Assembly (NCBI GenBank): GCA_965200205.1
Contig: CBDAUI010000002.1
Location: forward strand, 599,218 to 663,217
Reading direction: 5' to 3'
From: Candidatus Poribacteria bacterium
GTDB lineage: Bacteria; Poribacteria; WGA-4E; WGA-3G
Length of the DNA: 64,000 bases
Translations under genes and position numbers: made by a program
Shown here: positions 61,968-64,000 of the stretch, piece after piece
Layout of the letters: every line of letters begins with the position of its first letter
Position numbering within the stretch: position 1 is the stretch's first letter
The notes under the pieces: model-generated
Told to the model about the DNA's origin: nothing
What the model saw: only the letters and a program-made list of their open reading frames with translations
The model's database searches: none

Positions 61968-62834
61968 ATGCTATTAACGGTGAGCCTACTCGGTTGTGGC
62001 AGCGACGAACAGATGCTGGTCGAAGAAGAAGAAGAAAATATTCAAATCGACGAAGTGCCGGTCGTAGAAGTTGCCCCCGAACCGACACCGGTAGTGGTGC
62101 AAGTCCCGGAAGGCATGGTATACGTCCCTGCGGGTGCGTTCATTATGGGCAGTGATCCTGATGTCGATCCGATGACGGATGCGCTCGATGAACTTCCGCA
62201 GCATAAGGTATTCTTAGATGCCTATTTTATTGATAAATATGAAGTCTCCAACGCCGATTACACCAAATTTGTTGAAGCCACGGGACACCGAAACTCAATC
62301 TTTTGGGACAATCCAAAGTTTAATCATCCGGATCAACCGGTCGTAGGTGTGACGTGGGGTGATGCCACCGCTTATGCCGAATGGGTCGGAAAACGTCTGC
62401 CGACTGAAGCGGAGTGGGAAAAGGCGGCGCGTGGCACCGATGGACGTATCTGGCCCTGGGGAAACGAATTTGATCCGACGAAATGTAACTTCGATGATGA
62501 AGGAAAGTTCGATGGACACCTTGACGGCTTCGCTATGGCGGCACCTGTGAAGAGTTTCGAGCAAGGCGAGAGTCCTTACGGTGCGCTCAACATGGTGGGA
62601 AATGTCGCAGAGTGGGTCGCCGATTGGTTCGATGCCGAGTACTACTTCGTCAGTCCTGCGGAGAACCCGAAAGGACCGCCGACGAGCGGCATGGGAAAAA
62701 AATCGTGGCGCGGTGCGAGTTGGTTCGCCGGTTCCGAACAGATGCGGTGCGCGTTTCGCGAGTACGACGACATCGTGGCGAGTGGACAGATACTCGGATT
62801 CCGATGCGCGATGGATGCACCGGAGATGGAGTAA
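61968..62834 (+). CDS. FGE-sulfatase family lipoprotein, tandem paralog
   Basis: Lipobox LLGCGSD; same FGE motifs as the upstream copy. Start set at the internal ATG 61968, after the terminator hairpin. Confidence 0.8.
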   Translation: MLLTVSLLGCGSDEQMLVEEEEENIQIDEVPVVEVAPEPTPVVVQVPEGMVYVPAGAFIMGSDPDVDPMTDALDELPQHKVFLDAYFIDKYEVSNADYTKFVEATGHRNSIFWDNPKFNHPDQPVVGVTWGDATAYAEWVGKRLPTEAEWEKAARGTDGRIWPWGNEFDPTKCNFDDEGKFDGHLDGFAMAAPVKSFEQGESPYGALNMVGNVAEWVADWFDAEYYFVSPAENPKGPPTSGMGKKSWRGASWFAGSEQMRCAFREYDDIVASGQILGFRCAMDAPEME

Positions 62835-62838
62835 AACC

Positions 62839-64000
62839 GTGCGTCTTCTAATCCTCTCTATAATACCCAGTTTCATGTTGTTTCTCTACGGGTGCGGCGA
62901 AGAGAAAGCACCAGAAATGGTAGCGGTGCCGGAGCAAGCGGATGATATATTCACAGATCGCGAATGGAGTGTAATTCAACGGCTATCGCCACTGCCTGAA
63001 ACACCGCCACCGAATCCGACCAACCGTGTCGCCGATAATCCAGAAGCTGCGCAGTTAGGACATAAATTTTTCTTTGATACACGCTTCTCAAAGGATGGAA
63101 CGGTCGCTTGTGCAACGTGCCACTCACCGTTTCACGGGTTCGCAGATGTTGAAGCGACCTCATTAGGTGCCGGTAGAGGTACGAGAAACGCACCGACGCT
63201 GCTCAATGTCGCCTATAACGAATGGCAGTTTTGGGACGGTCGATCAGATACGCTCTGGTCGCAAGCGTTGGTCGCACTCGAAGGTGAGGTTGAACAGGCG
63301 GGAACGCGACTCCAATATGCGCATCTCGTCCATCGACACTATGCAGCGGTGTATGAAACGGTATTCGGGGAACTCCCGGACCTTGCAGATACAACACGCT
63401 TCCCTGCTGATGGTAAACCGGGGGATTCAGCGTTTGACAGTATGGACGAGGCTGACCAGCACGCCGTTAACATCGTCTTCGCAAATATCGGTAAGGCGAT
63501 TGAGGCGTATGAACGGCTTTTACTAAGTCGGAACGCACCGTTTGACCGATTCGTCGCAGGCGATACGGAAGCAATATCACCTGAAGCAAAACGCGGATTG
63601 AAAACGTTCATCGGTAAAGGCGTCTGTATCCTCTGCCACGATACGCCAACTTTTACAGATAATGAGTTCCATAACTTAGGGGTTCCGCAAGGCATGTTGC
63701 CGGAAGACACCGGACGTTACGCGGGAATCTCGCTGCTCCTGTCAGACCCCTTTAACGGTGGTGGTGTCTATAGCGACGATACCGCCGTTGCGACACGGAT
63801 TCTAAATTTTTTGGAACCGATACCGCGACATCAAGGTGAGTTCAAAACACCGACGCTCCGTAATGTAGCACTAACGGCACCCTATTTTCACACCGGCGAA
63901 TTTCCGACACTCGAATCCGTGATTGAATTTAATAACGTCGGTGGTACAGGTGGCAATTTCGTCGGTCAACGCGAGCGGACACTCGAACCGCTTCGACTCA
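62839..64000 (+). CDS. Di-heme cytochrome c peroxidase (CCP/MauG family) lipoprotein, 3'-partial
   Basis: GTG start; lipoprotein signal ...FLYGC. Two heme motifs, CATCHSPFHGFAD and CILCHDTPTFTDNEFHNLG, plus YFHTGEF. Runs off the window end, so it is not in the ORF track. Confidence 0.85.
   Translation, partial: MRLLILSIIPSFMLFLYGCGEEKAPEMVAVPEQADDIFTDREWSVIQRLSPLPETPPPNPTNRVADNPEAAQLGHKFFFDTRFSKDGTVACATCHSPFHGFADVEATSLGAGRGTRNAPTLLNVAYNEWQFWDGRSDTLWSQALVALEGEVEQAGTRLQYAHLVHRHYAAVYETVFGELPDLADTTRFPADGKPGDSAFDSMDEADQHAVNIVFANIGKAIEAYERLLLSRNAPFDRFVAGDTEAISPEAKRGLKTFIGKGVCILCHDTPTFTDNEFHNLGVPQGMLPEDTGRYAGISLLLSDPFNGGGVYSDDTAVATRILNFLEPIPRHQGEFKTPTLRNVALTAPYFHTGEFPTLESVIEFNNVGGTGGNFVGQRERTLEPLRL

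Noticed and set aside
62295-62876. 193-aa antisense ORF over the second FGE gene
   Set aside because: Arg-rich shadow ORF; the sense strand has clear FGE motifs.
1-64000. CRISPR arrays, rRNA genes, in-frame TGA selenoprotein genes, transposases/integrases
   Set aside because: No regularly spaced direct repeats, no rRNA-like conserved stretches, no same-frame ORF pairs split by TGA, and no transposase/integrase-like translations were seen.

Overview
This is a gene-dense bacterial window, ~50% GC, one tRNA, no rRNA and no CRISPR array. The gene content (many WD40/TPR repeat proteins, Gfo/Idh/MocA oxidoreductases, a DUF1080 protein, FGE-sulfatase-family paralogs) and selenocysteine machinery loosely suggest a PVC-superphylum or candidate-phylum lineage; I cannot assign taxonomy without a search. 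Housekeeping blocks: lepA-lepB-lepB-selB-tRNA(Sec)-lipA; dapB-dapB with a DapL-type aminotransferase, plus a KamA-like radical SAM and a PotD-like binding protein further on; purC and a family III CoA-transferase; a MacB/LolD-type ABC ATPase with a 1121-aa FtsX permease; a THUMP RNA methyltransferase; a di-heme cytochrome c peroxidase running off the 3' end. Accessory-like content includes a putative WD40 - PspA/IM30 - AAA+ ATPase operon behind a consensus sigma70 promoter, duplicated small genes flanking a retropepsin-like gene with an in-frame TAG, a frameshifted S1 protease-TPR gene, a standalone DUF1524 nuclease domain, an HNH_2 endonuclease, a periplasmic-propeller/SpoIIE sensor phosphatase and a GHMP kinase-GalU fusion. 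There are also four tandem paralog pairs and at least three families of short dispersed intergenic repeats, two of which overlap gene 3' ends and supply the stop codon. All calls rest on reading the translations and DNA directly; no database search was possible.
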